This document shows positions 46,811 through 58,471 of a stretch of 64,000 nucleotides of DNA, in pieces. The notes below the pieces were generated by a model. That model had not been told where the DNA came from. It saw only the letters and a list, made by a program, of their open reading frames with translations, and did no database searches. A program made the translations under genes and the position numbers. Source of the stretch: Macrostomum lignano (lineage: Eukaryota); the NCBI GenBank assembly GCA_002269645.1, contig NIVC01001028.1, positions 1 through 64,000 on the forward strand, written 5' to 3'. The stretch's first letter is position 1, and each line of letters opens with the position of its first letter.

Positions 46811-48736
46811 CATTAAGTCAGTGAGTGAAAAAAATTGATACTGAAATTTTCGCAGTTTGTTTTTTAGCCCAACTTTTTGGCGGTTCTTCGCATGTGTAAA
46901 AGTTCGAAAACGAAATCTATACAAATCATGCAGTTCATCAATCTAATATCTAGTTTAACAAAAAGTTCTTTGGATGTGAAAATATTATAAAGTTTACTTC
47001 TGACAGCTTTGTATCGCTTTTCCCAGTTTTTATTCCCATTTCCCAGTTCATTGGGAGATCCAAAAGTAAGCGAATTAATTCCAATGCAGCTTGTCAAGTG
47101 CACGCTGTCATGGCCAAACTCCATTAAGCAGATTTTGGCTTTTGAGTTAAGTATATAGGCGAGACTAAGCCTATACCATTATGGATGTCTCAGTCTTTTC
47201 CCATTTAGCTTGTAAACACTTAGCTTGTTTGGCCACTTGTGATGGAAAGGGCCATTCCATGGCATACATAGACATCAACTGTGACAATGGAAACTCCTAT
47301 TTTGTATTTTTAGCTTTCTATTTAGGCAGACAAGAGCAATAACTTCAATAAGCCTGGACAGTAGTTTGTTAGTAAACCTGTATATTTAATAGCAGTATAG
47401 TAGGGAGCGAGGTGGAATTAGATTAGTGCTATGTCCACAGCTTTCAAATGCAAGTACATGTAAGCCTAGCGAGGGCATACTTCTTTAACCAATTGCCGCC
47501 TGCAAATGTCCGGTTGGAAAATGTCCCGCTGGCAAACGTCGGCTGGCAAACGTCCGGCAGGCAAACTTCGGAGACCCCTCGTGCTCCATGTGACGCATAT
47601 TGCATCACCCACAGTTGAGACGAAGCCATCGCGTAAATTGTGTCACTTAAGTCTGAGATCTGAGAAAAGTTGACCACTTGTGTTTGGGTGGAAACTTTAA
47701 AATGTTGCTGAGTGTACGTCAATATTTTCGAGCATTGGTACGTGTGCTCTTAAATGCTTAAACGACTTAGCGTCAAAACGAAAAGCGACGTCAAATTCCG
47801 AGTTTTTCAATTCAAAATTCAATGAAATGAACGCGGTTTGTTGTTTCTTAGAATTGTTCGATAAATGAATCATCCACTTTTTGCCTATTCATTCGCAGGG
47901 TGAACATTTTGGGCGTACAAACAAGTGTGTATGTATCACTTGCTGATTATATTACTATACTACATGCGTAGAGATATTGTATAGTTAGAGAAGGCAGGTG
48001 AATCATGCCCTTGCCGTTAATCAGCTACGTGCACACTTGTTGCATTTAATGATATAAAATGACTTTGACCTGCCGTTCTCTGTTATCAGCGGCAAAGTTT
48101 CTCTGAAGCGTTTAAACTCGCAACTGCAGCCTGTTAATCGGGACGCTATACTCGTATGAGTTGATACACAGCTAGGTGTAGGCATATAGCTATACTATAC
48201 GTTTTAAATCACCGTGTGACCCTTCAGATATCGCTTCGCAATTCCAACCAAGGTCGATGGGTGCATAGCTACCAGCTATGTATAACCCAGTAGAGTTCCT
48301 AAGGGTGCTAAAGCTGTCCATCAGAGCTAGCCAAAGCTAAATATTTAGCTATACTTTTGCATGTTAAAATTTTGATTGTTAGGATTGTAAGGATCACTTT
48401 TCAAGGTAAGCTCGGTGATCATATACTTCTTTCTGCGGGATATTATCTAGTCATGTCAAAAACAGATAATTTAAATGTGGTTGGTCCTCTAAACTTCCGT
48501 TTCTTTATAGAATGAAGCTGAACCGGGACAAGAATGAAGACAAAAAGATTTGGATCGGTTTGGATCGACAAAAAGAAGACGCGTCTGCACGTGACGAATT
48601 CATATTGTTGACATAATACTAATGCAATTTTTTTAAAGTATTTAAGCTACAATGATTTTATGAAACTATATTTTTGCACGCAACTTAAAAAAATTGTATT
48701 TTTATCAACGTACCGATGTAAGTATATACGAGCAGC

Positions 48737-49345
48737 TATACTGTCCGTCAAAAGTTCCGGAACCCTTGCTACAATGTCTTCTGGCGGACATGATTTCAGT
48801 CCGTTTCAATTGTAACTTGATTCGGATGAGGGCTGCGGATCTCAGCTCCATGATGTGGTCAAGAAAAAGTTTATTCGAAGGAGCGCGTGTGAACAGGCCA
48901 GTGTTATGTACATAAAGGTTAGAGAAAAAAGTGAGGAAAAGACAAACAAGCAATTGTCTATGGTTGCTGAGTCTATGGAGCAAACACACATGGGAAGGAA
49001 TCGGTTTGCGCGCAGTGTTCAGCCTGGCTAACATTAGTCTATGGCCAAACTTGTGTTGAAATCAACAGGCTCTTATGGATTCTTGTGCAGTCAGCTTTAA
49101 TGGGAGAGTAAAAAAGAGTAAAAATAATTGCTTGTTTGTCTTTTCCTTACTTTTTTTCTCTAACCTTTATGTACATAACACTGGCCTGTTCACACGCGCT
49201 CCTTCGAGTGGGCTTTTTCTTGACCACATCATGGGGCTGGGATCCGCGGCTTTCATTTGAATCAAGTTGCAATTGAAACGGACTGAAATTATGTCCGCTG
49301 GAAGACGTCGTAGCAAGGGTTCCGGAACTTTTGACGGACAGTATA
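48737..49345. mobile_element. Tc1/mariner-type MITE with ~215-bp TIRs
   Basis: TATACTGTCCGTCAAAAGTTCCGGAAC at both ends in inverted orientation; arms 48741-48955 and 49126-49341. Confidence 0.88.
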
Positions 49346-50293
49346 ATTGATTCTGTAATAGTATCCACTACAAATTGATTAAATGTTCTTATGATACTAC
49401 TATTAGTTCGCCGCTTGTATGTTTTGCTCCTACAGAAAGCCTGAATGAATTTATTTTTCTTCAATCTTTTTAGCTGCTTCGATCGAAGTAATGTCGTGTG
49501 ACTGCATAATACTTCTGTACAGAAATTCGCGGATTACGCTACTCACTACTTACTGACTGTATTGTTGTGACAGTAGAGCTCATATTTTACTGCCGCGAGT
49601 CAGTTACGAAATCGAGCAAACTTTTTGTAATTATGTTTTTGTGTTCTACACATAATGTGTCCTACAATACCGTGCGACTTAATGCTGTTTTGTCTTTTCA
49701 CATGCTACACTATAAGCTGCCGCTCTCAATTCTCAGTCCTCTCGGAACTGGTTTCGGGGTTGAATCTTTTACATGTTGCTGAGTAATGTTTTTTTGGGGT
49801 TGCTTGGGCAACTGCTGAAAATCAAAATGGCCTCCCTGTAAGATTTTGTGCGAATCAATATAGTCGAGGCGAGCATGGACTCGAACCCGGATAGAGAAGT
49901 CAACTGAGGTCAAAGCCCCTCTCTTAAGTGTCAAGTTTGAATGTGTCAAGCACTTTTGTCTCCTTAGGATCCAACGTATTTCTCAACTATCATGCATAAA
50001 TTCAAATGAGAAGCAGACGCGAAAAAAGCAAAAAGCAGGAAAGCTTACGAGCTATCAACAAAGAAAGCCTCCCCAATCTAAGTAATTCCTAATTATTTAC
50101 TTAGCATAGTAGCCATTATATCATAAACGTGCATGTAAATAACGTATAGCATAGAGGACGCTTGTGAAGATAAATTACATGCACGCGTATCTTTCGCGTA
50201 GCTATAGCTCGTACAGGTAAATGCCCATGTGTGCAAACCTTACAAAAACAAAGATGCTGATGCTGAATGCAAGCGTCAGAAGATTACAAGCAT

Positions 50294-51151
50294 TTAGAAC
50301 GCAGTCCACCGAATTGATTGCGAAAGCTGCAGTCCGCAGGCGCCGCTGCCGTTGCCGTTGTACGCATCGCATTCTTCGGCTGCGATAAACTGATTAGCAC
50401 CACCGGACGAAGCTCTTGTCAGCTGACCGCAGCTACCCAGCGACGGCGGCGGCGGTGGCGGAGGCGGCGAGCGCTTTTTTCGACAGCAGCCGCTGTCCAG
50501 GCAGCGCTGGAAGGCCGGCTGGCCGTCTGCGTCGCATAGCAGGAATGCGGTTGGAGCGAATCCTTCCACACCGTCGCTAAGGCGGCGGACCCGCAGCCAA
50601 TCTGGCCGACGCTCGCTGCAGTCGATGGCCAGGACTTTCTCTTCGGCTGACAGGGCCAGCTCGTCCGGGCTATTGGGCGACGGCGAATAGGCGAATACGA
50701 CTGTGAAGGCGAGGCCGCGGCACGGACGGCGGTGTGGGTTCTGCAGGAGCGTCTGCTGCTGCATCTGCTGCTCGATCTGTAAATCAATGCCAAGGCCTGA
50801 GTCTTCGCGACTGCAGCAGGTGCCGAGAGACGCTGCGGGACGTAACGGATGCGTCGCAGCCGCCGGCTGGTTGAGCCGCTGCTGCTGGGTGAGGCACTGC
50901 TTGAATTGCTGGAGCTGGTTGGGTTGCTGTTGTTGTCTGGTTTTTTGGTGCTGGTCCTGGTTAGGCCGCTGCAGGTGACGGTGCTGTGGATGAAGCGGCG
51001 GCTGATTTTGCTTGAACAGTCGGATGTCCATGCATTTATAGCCACACTTTATGCATGCATGTAGTACACGTACCGTTTCACTTGAAGCAGGCTGTAGCGA
51101 CTCGCTCGATGCGCCCTTAGTTTTATTTGAATGTTTCACAAACAAATTCAT
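50294..51151 (-). CDS. SH3-domain protein with Gln-rich and Pro-rich flanks (exon structure uncertain)
   Basis: FTVVFAYSP...DELAL...DWLRVRRLSDGVEGFAPTAFL fits the SH3 pattern (ALYDY, ELS, WW, GxxP). Confidence 0.75.
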   Translation of the reverse strand: MNLFVKHSNKTKGASSESLQPASSETVRVLHACIKCGYKCMDIRLFKQNQPPLHPQHRHLQRPNQDQHQKTRQQQQPNQLQQFKQCLTQQQRLNQPAAATHPLRPAASLGTCCSREDSGLGIDLQIEQQMQQQTLLQNPHRRPCRGLAFTVVFAYSPSPNSPDELALSAEEKVLAIDCSERRPDWLRVRRLSDGVEGFAPTAFLLCDADGQPAFQRCLDSGCCRKKRSPPPPPPPPSLGSCGQLTRASSGGANQFIAAEECDAYNGNGSGACGLQLSQSIRWTAF

Positions 51152-53087
51152 TTCAACAAAATAATAACTGTAATCCTCTAATCCTAAATACGAGCTGAAT
51201 TTTGATTTTTAACTTAACAATATGCTGTCAACTCCGGAAATCAAGCTATCCAAGATTCACTGTGGAATGGTGCTTCACATTTCAAACATTCCAAGCCTGT
51301 TGCATTTATAATATATAAGAATGTTTTTCTTCTTTCAGGGAGGCTGCGAAGCAAGAGGTAGAATTTGTTTTGCTTGCTGCTGGAGTTCATTCTACACTGT
51401 AGCGAGTCTGCATGGTTGGCTGGCTTTTTGAAATGCTTCTGTGTCAAGAGCGACAGATAATGCAGAGCCATGCAGTTAAGAGACTTGAGAGAGTCATTCC
51501 ATAGGCGGGGTTTGTCAATTTGTTTGTCAAAGCTGAGCCAACATGAGCAGTAAAAACTGATGGCAACAGAGGCGCTCTTGCTATAGTGGCTGCAGCAAAT
51601 GCTCAATTCAACTGTGTCACTACTCAGAATTATGTGGCTAGCCATTTGCACTGGTTCAGTGTGTGTTGCTTACAGCCAATTTATTAATTTTTACTGACAC
51701 TTCAGTATATCTAAAGCAGATGAGGCTTGAGTCGCTTCACCATTCCAGAACTACAGCACTGTCATAAAGTTTTATGACGAAAAATGCAGAACACCTTTCT
51801 CTTTTTACGACTAACAATGCAGTAGAAAAGAACAAAATTTTAAAGAAGTCTTCGCTATGAAGGCAGAGACCCCCACAGTCTCCCCAGTCGATGCAAATGT
51901 ACAGCCGAGCTCCCCATGAGCTCAAATATTTTTTTCTTAAATAGATTTTTGGTTGATTTTTCTGTGAATTGTCACTAGCAGTAGCAGTGAAGCAGTCAAT
52001 TGTTCTCTCTCCGGATTTTACTTTCCTTTGCTAAGCTCAAAATAGCTAGTAGTGGCTTGCGTAAAATGACATATACACTTGTAAATCGTTAATACGACCT
52101 TAAATGCGCCGACTTGTTCCTGCCAATTTTTTTTCCAAAAGTCAAACTTGAGCAGAATTAGTTTGTGCTTTTGTTGTATCCCACATATACACTTGTAACG
52201 ATTGAAGTACTGGTGCAGTATTTTTAAATCCTGATTCAAAAAAGTAAAATATTATCCGTTTTTTTAGATTAATTTTTTCTCCAGTGGCCACTTATCAAAG
52301 ATTTTGTATCTGAGCGTTTTATTCACTTTACTAACGGTAAACAACTATCTACTCTACGATTTGCATGAAAAGCTTTAATCATTTTCACCAATGGAAAAAT
52401 AATTGCAAGAAAAAAGCATCAGATATCAACTGTTTTAGGGTCGAACACGTGATGGTCATGGTTATTAGATTATATTTAACAAACAACATATCAACGACTG
52501 TTAAATTTGAAACCTTCTAATCAAAAACAAGCAGTAAGTTTTCTGTCAATAAAATGTACTAAAAATACCAAATATATGCTAACACTGCGAAGCTAAATAA
52601 ATATATACTTGCGAGTTGCGGCTTTAAAGAAACGAAACTTTTTAGGTAAAACGTTTTAACACATGTACAGCATGTAAAGTTCTACACAGGACAACAATAA
52701 TCAATGAATAACGTATGGAATTTTAGCTACGAAACGTAGGCGGGAGGCATCCAAAGGGACTATTGTTTGAGTAGAACCAATCGATTGAGTTTTTATTTAT
52801 TATGGATGGGTAATTAGCAGCCGTTAATGTATGGCAAGTGTTCGAATGACTTTTTTCTAGCAAAAATATATTGAATTTTACAAACAAATTGATTCTCTGC
52901 ATGTCCGTGCCTAGCCAGTGTGGGTAAATTGGATAAATGTTTTTGATTTTCAGTTTCTTGGCTTTTGCCATGTTATTGTAAAAATATTTGATATGTGAGA
53001 GCATTGTTGCTTTTAATTGATTTTTTCAAAGATTATCTAAATGACATCCCAAATCCGCTTTTTAGCTGAAAGATTTAACATAACAAT

Positions 53088-53500
53088 TAGTGTTTAACCG
53101 CCCTTACTCTACTGCATTGTAAGGGCGGTTAAACACTATTGATTTTCTTAGTTAAGTTTGGCCTGGGTGAGAATTATCGATTGGCTAGTCAAGCTCCGGT
53201 GGGGCCTGACTTTTAATCGTTTTAAAAAACGTCGGCCGCTCACCGTCCCCCCGCCTAGGCTCTTTTTTATGACATTAACGTTTAAATTAATAGCCTTGCA
53301 GTGGGTTTGGTCTGGTTGAACATTATCGATTTTTTGGTTAGCCCGCAGTTCAGACCGGGCCTGACTTTTAATCGTTTAAAAAAACACTCTACCGTCTCTT
53401 CCAATCCGCTAGACTCTTTTATGACTTAAAGTTCAAATTCACTGACTTGAGTGCGCGTGGGTGAATGAATTTTATTATCTTTTATCGATTTTTACAGCGG
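53088..53500. repeat. 20-bp-stem hairpin followed by ~2.5 degenerate ~150-bp repeats
   Basis: TAGTGTTTAACCGCCCTTAC / GTAAGGGCGGTTAAACACTA at 53088-53138; GGGCCTGACTTTTAATCGTTT recurs near 53205 and 53357. Confidence 0.65.
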
Positions 53501-54245
53501 TCAATTCCTCTGGCCTCATGCCTGATTTCTTGTTTTAACACTGTTGAATTAGTCAGTAAAGTTCATTGTTGTTTCCGCTTAAGCATGTTTTGTAGAACTT
53601 ATTACTTACAAGTTGAATTAATTCAATAAATCGTTATTGGAGCACCTAAACAGAACACATTTCGTTCCGGAGACTCAGCCCGTACTTTAGACGCCAAAAC
53701 CGTTAATCTTTACAAATCTACAATCACACAACGCAAACATATAAACGTGGATTATAAAATAACAAAACAAAACTATTGTAGTGCAGTATAATATAGCAAA
53801 CGATATTTGTGCTGTGCTGTGTAATAATATACATGTACATAATTAATCTATCAAAATATACGAAATATATAATACTAAAGGAAATATTTAACTGCATGCA
53901 TTTTAAAATAAAGAAGGAAATAGCTACAATATACTTCACTTAGGATCACTCTACTCAGGCAGTAGTATGAACCAAACTAGCGGAGTAGCCGCGACAGCAG
54001 TTTTTTGAGTGGCAAATTAAAGCTAATTAAATATATATATTAGCGGGAAAAAGGACAAGAGGGGAATATCTAACATGACTAGTAAAAATATAATTCACGA
54101 TGAAAGAAACGAAAGTATAAGATTGTGTTTTATGTCAACCAGAGAGTAAAAAGTTTTTGCCATTTCTGTTAAGCCTTTCATTGTAGTTTGTCCAGCGGCT
54201 ACCGATTAAAACAAAACTTGCTAATCAATCAACCAACCAATCCAA

Positions 54246-54601
54246 TCAATCGTTGAGCACTTTAAGCCGCTTGGCCACATCAAGATCGCCTTGCACTGCA
54301 ATCCTGCCTGTAGCCACAGCCTGCCACATTGGCAGCCGGCCAGCTCGGAGATCGTCCAAATCCGAGCACAGCAGAGTGATGACAACGTCCGGCGAGGAGT
54401 GCCGGCCACGCTCGGCCAGCTGGGCCGGACAGTCCAAATAGCAGGTAGCAACCTGCTGGCCATTCTCGGACAGCAGACAGAACTGGTAGCTGGCCTCGCC
54501 TAGCTGACTTCGAATATCGTCAACGTGTAGAGCTCGGCGCGCTTTGGCCAAGTATTCGTCTAGCTCAGGCAGGGCTGGCGGCCTCTCCTCAGCTGCAGCG
54601 C
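54246..54601 (-). CDS. STOML1: STOML1/UNC-24 exon 5 (SCP2 sterol-binding domain)
   Basis: PDVVITLLCSDLDDLRAGRLPMWQAVATGRIAVQGDLDVAKRL; acceptor AATCAG, phase 1. Confidence 0.88.
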
Positions 54602-54725
54602 CTGATTGATTGGGATGGAACTCTTAGACTTAGAGGTTGTTCTCAAATTTTTACAAGCTTTTCAACATTTTGACACGTCTGAACTCGAATTTAAAATGGC
54701 ATTTTTAGGGTACATTCTAACCATA

Positions 54726-55050
54726 GTTATCGTGGAATTTTCCAGGAATATTCCAGGCCAAATTATCGTGGAATTTTCCAGGAATATTCCAAGCCAAATT
54801 ACGAGTATCATGGAATTTTCCAGGCCAAATTATCATGGAATTTTCCTGGCCAAATTATCATGGAATATTCCAGGCCAAATTATCATGGAATATTCCAGGC
54901 CAAATTATCATGGAATATTCCAGGCCAAATTATCATGGAATATTCCAGGCCAAATTATCATGGAATATTCAAGGCCAAATTATCATGGAATTTTCCAGGC
55001 CAAATTATCGTGGAATTTTCCAGATCAAATTATTACGGAATTTTCCAGGC
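54726..55050. repeat. 25-bp minisatellite in STOML1 intron 4
   Basis: Unit CCAGGCCAAATTATCATGGAATATT. Confidence 0.93.
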
Positions 55051-55321
55051 TAATTTATCGTATAATTTTATCTTCCAAAAATATTACTGGCCATAATACT
55101 ATGGAATTCCCCAGGGAATATTATACTGCTTTAGGATATTATCTCAGGGTTTATGACGTAATTTATTGGAAATATTCCAGACCTAATTATCGCGAAATGA
55201 ATGATGGAACGTTTCGCCACTATAAGTATTAAAAACACATTATTATGATCGTATTCTCGAACTCCCAGGTATCAATGGTTTCCCAACTAATTTAGAATGA
55301 TTTAGCATTCGTCTCTCTTAC

Positions 55322-55728
55322 CAACATGCAGCTCAACCTGCGAAGTCGAGGCTTCGCCGCGACTGCCACCAGCGACGGCCGCGGCGGCACCAGCGCTAGA
55401 GGAGGAGGCAGCGGCGGCTCCCCGTGCCATAGCGGCGGCCAGAGCGCCGGAGGGGCCAGAGGTGGCCGCCAGCTGGCCAAACAGATGCTGAGTCAGGGTG
55501 CCAAAGTCCACGCCCTCGGGCAGTGGCTTCCGAGGCGGCGGCTGGGACACGATGGTCATAGGGCCGAGGGCTACGCTGTTCACCTCGAGGCCCCACTGGC
55601 AAGCTTCGGCGTTGAGCGTCGCAACGATGTCGGCCTGCATTCTGGTGGCCTTGTCGTCCAGATCGTCGGCGTCTTGACGAGCTACGTAGCGTTGCACTGT
55701 CACCTCGATTAGGTGGGACAGGGCCGTC
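55322..55728 (-). CDS. STOML1: STOML1/UNC-24 exon 4 (end of SPFH domain and linker)
   Basis: IVATLNAEACQWGLEVNSVALG; TTTATAG acceptor, GTAAGA donor. Confidence 0.88.
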
Positions 55729-55740
55729 CTATAAACGGGA

Positions 55741-55985
55741 ATGGGTTAAATTGGGTGTCAGGTGGGTTAAATTGGGTGTCAGGTGGGTTAAATTGGGTGT
55801 CAGGTGGGTTAAATCGAGTGTCAGGTGGGTTAAATTGGGTTTCAGAGGGGGGGGGGCTAGTTTGGCTGTCAGGTGGGTTAAATTTTGATTGTCAGGCGGG
55901 GGGGGGGCTGAATAGGTTGTCAGACGGTGTAAATTGGTTGTCAGATACGTTAAATTGGGTGTCACGCGGGTTAAATTGACTGTCA
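55741..55985. repeat. 21-bp G-rich minisatellite in STOML1 intron 3
   Basis: Unit GGGTGTCAGGTGGGTTAAATT. Confidence 0.9.
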
Positions 55986-56091
55986 AATATTGGGGGCCAA
56001 GGAAGTAAATCAGGTTTTTTTCTGGTTTAACTGCTTTAGCAGTAGTAAAAAAATAGCACTCATAGTAGAAAGGGATTAGTTTTTCAGTTAC

Positions 56092-56342
56092 CTGGGATCA
56101 GTAGTAGAAGTCACGGCCATCTCCGGCTCGCGAACTCGATAGACGGCTTCACCAGCAAAGCACACGATTCCTCTATCGGCAGTGAAAAATTCGCGCTCAG
56201 CAAAAGCAACCGATTTCGGGCGCAGATCGATCCGCTGCCAGCTATCGATGATTGGCAGGACGCAGGCATAGCCCGGGCCGGCCACGGGCTGGCGCATTCG
56301 GCCCAGCCGCATGCTGATTAGGCGCTCGTGGCTTTCCAACTT
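56092..56342 (-). CDS. STOML1: STOML1/UNC-24 exon 3 (SPFH/band 7)
   Basis: HERLISMRLGR..GPG...LPIIDSWQRIDLR...TADR; phase 0 in, phase 2 out. Confidence 0.92.
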
Positions 56343-56479
56343 CTACAAGCAAGTTCTATTTTCAATTTTAGGGGCAAAAAATCTCAACTACTCTACTTGT
56401 AGTAAAAATGTAAAAATGTTGAAAGCAAAACGAGTTTTTTGCCGAAATACATTGTTAAAAGTCAATATTGATTAATTAC

Positions 56480-56592
56480 CTTGACTGAAAACCAGCCCAA
56501 GACTGGGAACAGAAAGAGCACCATTATTAAGAATAGGCCCGTGATAAAAAAGTTGGCAATCTTCTCTGTCTGGCTGTAAGGCATTGGGGGAT
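56480..56592 (-). CDS. STOML1: STOML1/UNC-24 exon 2 (membrane hairpin)
   Basis: TEKIANFFITGLFLIMVLFLFPVLGWFSVK parallels STOML1 FPISGWFALK; absent from ORF track; phases fit both neighbours. Confidence 0.85.
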
Positions 56593-56688
56593 CTGAAATG
56601 AAAATTGTATAACTTTGTAGAATTTGAACATTAGCTGATTCGCAATAAAGGCGTGAAAATATATATTAGAGAAAAAATCAATCCTTAC

Positions 56689-56899
56689 TAAGCTGTTGGG
56701 TTTTCCAATGCTTCCGATCGTCGGTATAAGTGAAGATGGACTTGTACTTATTGCTGCTATCTTGGCCAGCATTGCTGCTGCTAGTTGCATCGGTTCTAAA
56801 CAGCTCACCATTGCCCCCAAATTCAAAGGCAGTACCAAAGTCAAATGCCTCAGGGCGGGGCGGTTCCGGCGGCGGGTTAATGTTGACCTTCTTGTACAT
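56689..56899 (-). CDS. STOML1: STOML1/UNC-24 first coding exon; model join(complement 56689-56899,56480-56592,56092-56342,55322-55728,54246-54601), 445 aa
   Basis: MYKKVNINPP..AFDFGTAF..YKSIFTY; donor A|GTAAGG; total 1338 nt in frame. Confidence 0.75.
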
Positions 56900-57308
56900 G
56901 ACTGCTGGAATTCACTGCAAATTGAATTGATGCTTGGATTTTTTAATAAATATATTGACAATAGTACTATTTTGAAGTTAATAGGGAAGTTTAATTCATA
57001 CCCTAAACAAAATAATATATTAATGTAGAATTAGTGAAGCCTACTATGTTAATTTTTCAATATAGCTAAATATAAAACACCATCAATAAAAGAAAATCAA
57101 CTTGTATCTGACTACTTTTTTGTAATGAGTTTATTGCTTTTAAGTTATAAACTAGAGCATTTAGTATTTTTTATTTGAAAAGGTATCTTGCCTAGACCTA
57201 GATGTGCTATCTTACCCCTTGGAATTTTTCCTATTGCTCTAGAAGATATATGTAATCTGAATGAGAGAACAAACATTAACTTGTTTTTATTTACTTTAAT
57301 TCAATTGC

Positions 57309-57347
57309 CAATGCATTTTGACCCTTATAGGTCATCGTCAGGGCAGT
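57309..57347 (-). ncRNA. Degenerate type I hammerhead ribozyme motif (Penelope-type)
   Basis: TGCC-CTGACGA-T-GACC-tataag-GGTC-AAAA-TGCATT-GGCA: stems I and II intact; core GAAACGCGTT appears changed by three CpG-type transitions. Confidence 0.65.
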
Positions 57348-58042
57348 AATGAAATTGAAAATTCTAATAAACAGTTGAATAAATATACCTGTGATAAGTT
57401 GAATACACAATATAAATTATTATACATAGTTTTCAATCAAAACAAGTTAACACACAGTGCAGTAGCGTATACTCCAAGCTAAAACACATTGATTTGTTTG
57501 TTCTCTCATTTATTTTATTCCTATTTATTAAATGAGCTACTCTACCAGAATATATCTATTCTCTTAGAGATAAAAGGCAATTTGACTATCAAGATTTGTC
57601 CACCAAGCTTTTCCTGCCAAGATTTGCCTAAAATGCTTTTTTTCTTGCAGCATATTTAGGCATGCATGTATGTATATGAATGCATTGCCTAATAATGCTT
57701 AGTAAGTCTTTTTTAAAAAGATTTAGATACTCTTATATGATTATATTATAGAATTAAAAATGAAAACCCACAAAAATATGCATTTTGATTGTATAAATCT
57801 CTTTATTAAGAAATGCTTAGTAATGCTTAGTTAGGACTAGGATAGGACTATAAACATTGTAAGCAAACCTTAATAGGAAAAGCTCAGTGGAAAATTGGCT
57901 TGCAAGTAAAATGCAATAAAGGCAATTATTGCCAGGCAATTTGTTTGCAAGCAATTATTGTAGGTTGAACTCTTAAAATATAGTGCCAACTCTTATTATT
58001 ATATTTAAATATACATAGCATAGGACTGAGGCTAATAATACC

Positions 58043-58471
58043 AATGAATCCGAAAATCAACATAATGCAAGTAACGACGCGTTTCGCACTCCTAGGTGCA
58101 TCTTCAGGTTTATTTTTTCAACAACGAAATTAAACAGGTTTTGCGAATAAATATGTGGAGTTGGTTGTAGGCAAACAAGAAAAATTAGAAAATTGCGCGG
58201 GTCACCTACTCCGTGTATTTTGATAAGAGAGAGTACTGGGTGTATATTCTTTCCGCCCCTGGACTTCACTATGCCATACGGACTAACTCATGTGTTCTCC
58301 AATATCAATTTGTTCAATAATTTTTCTAATTTTTCTTGTTCACCCACAACCAACTCCACATATTTATTCGCAAAACCTGTTTAATTTCGTTGTTGAAAAA
58401 ATAAACCTGAAGATGCACCTAGGAGTGCAAAACGCGTCGTTACTTACATTATATTGATTTTCGGATTCATT
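58043..58471. mobile_element. Inverted pair of Penelope-like pseudo-LTR fragments, ~150-bp arms
   Basis: 58043-58194 vs 58319-58471 differ by 6 substitutions; each arm contains a hammerhead motif. Confidence 0.7.
58073..58110 (-). ncRNA. Minimal type I hammerhead ribozyme with intact core
   Basis: AAC-CTGAAGA-T-GCAC-ctagga-GTGC-GAAA-C-GC-GTC^GTT; the plus-strand copy at 58404-58441 has AAAA instead of GAAA. Confidence 0.72.

Noticed and set aside
45905-46924. Four long ORFs (DVCLR, ANVPQ, CGTFA, PAGRL repeats)
   Set aside because: 15-bp tandem array lacking stops in most frames; part of a non-coding foldback element.
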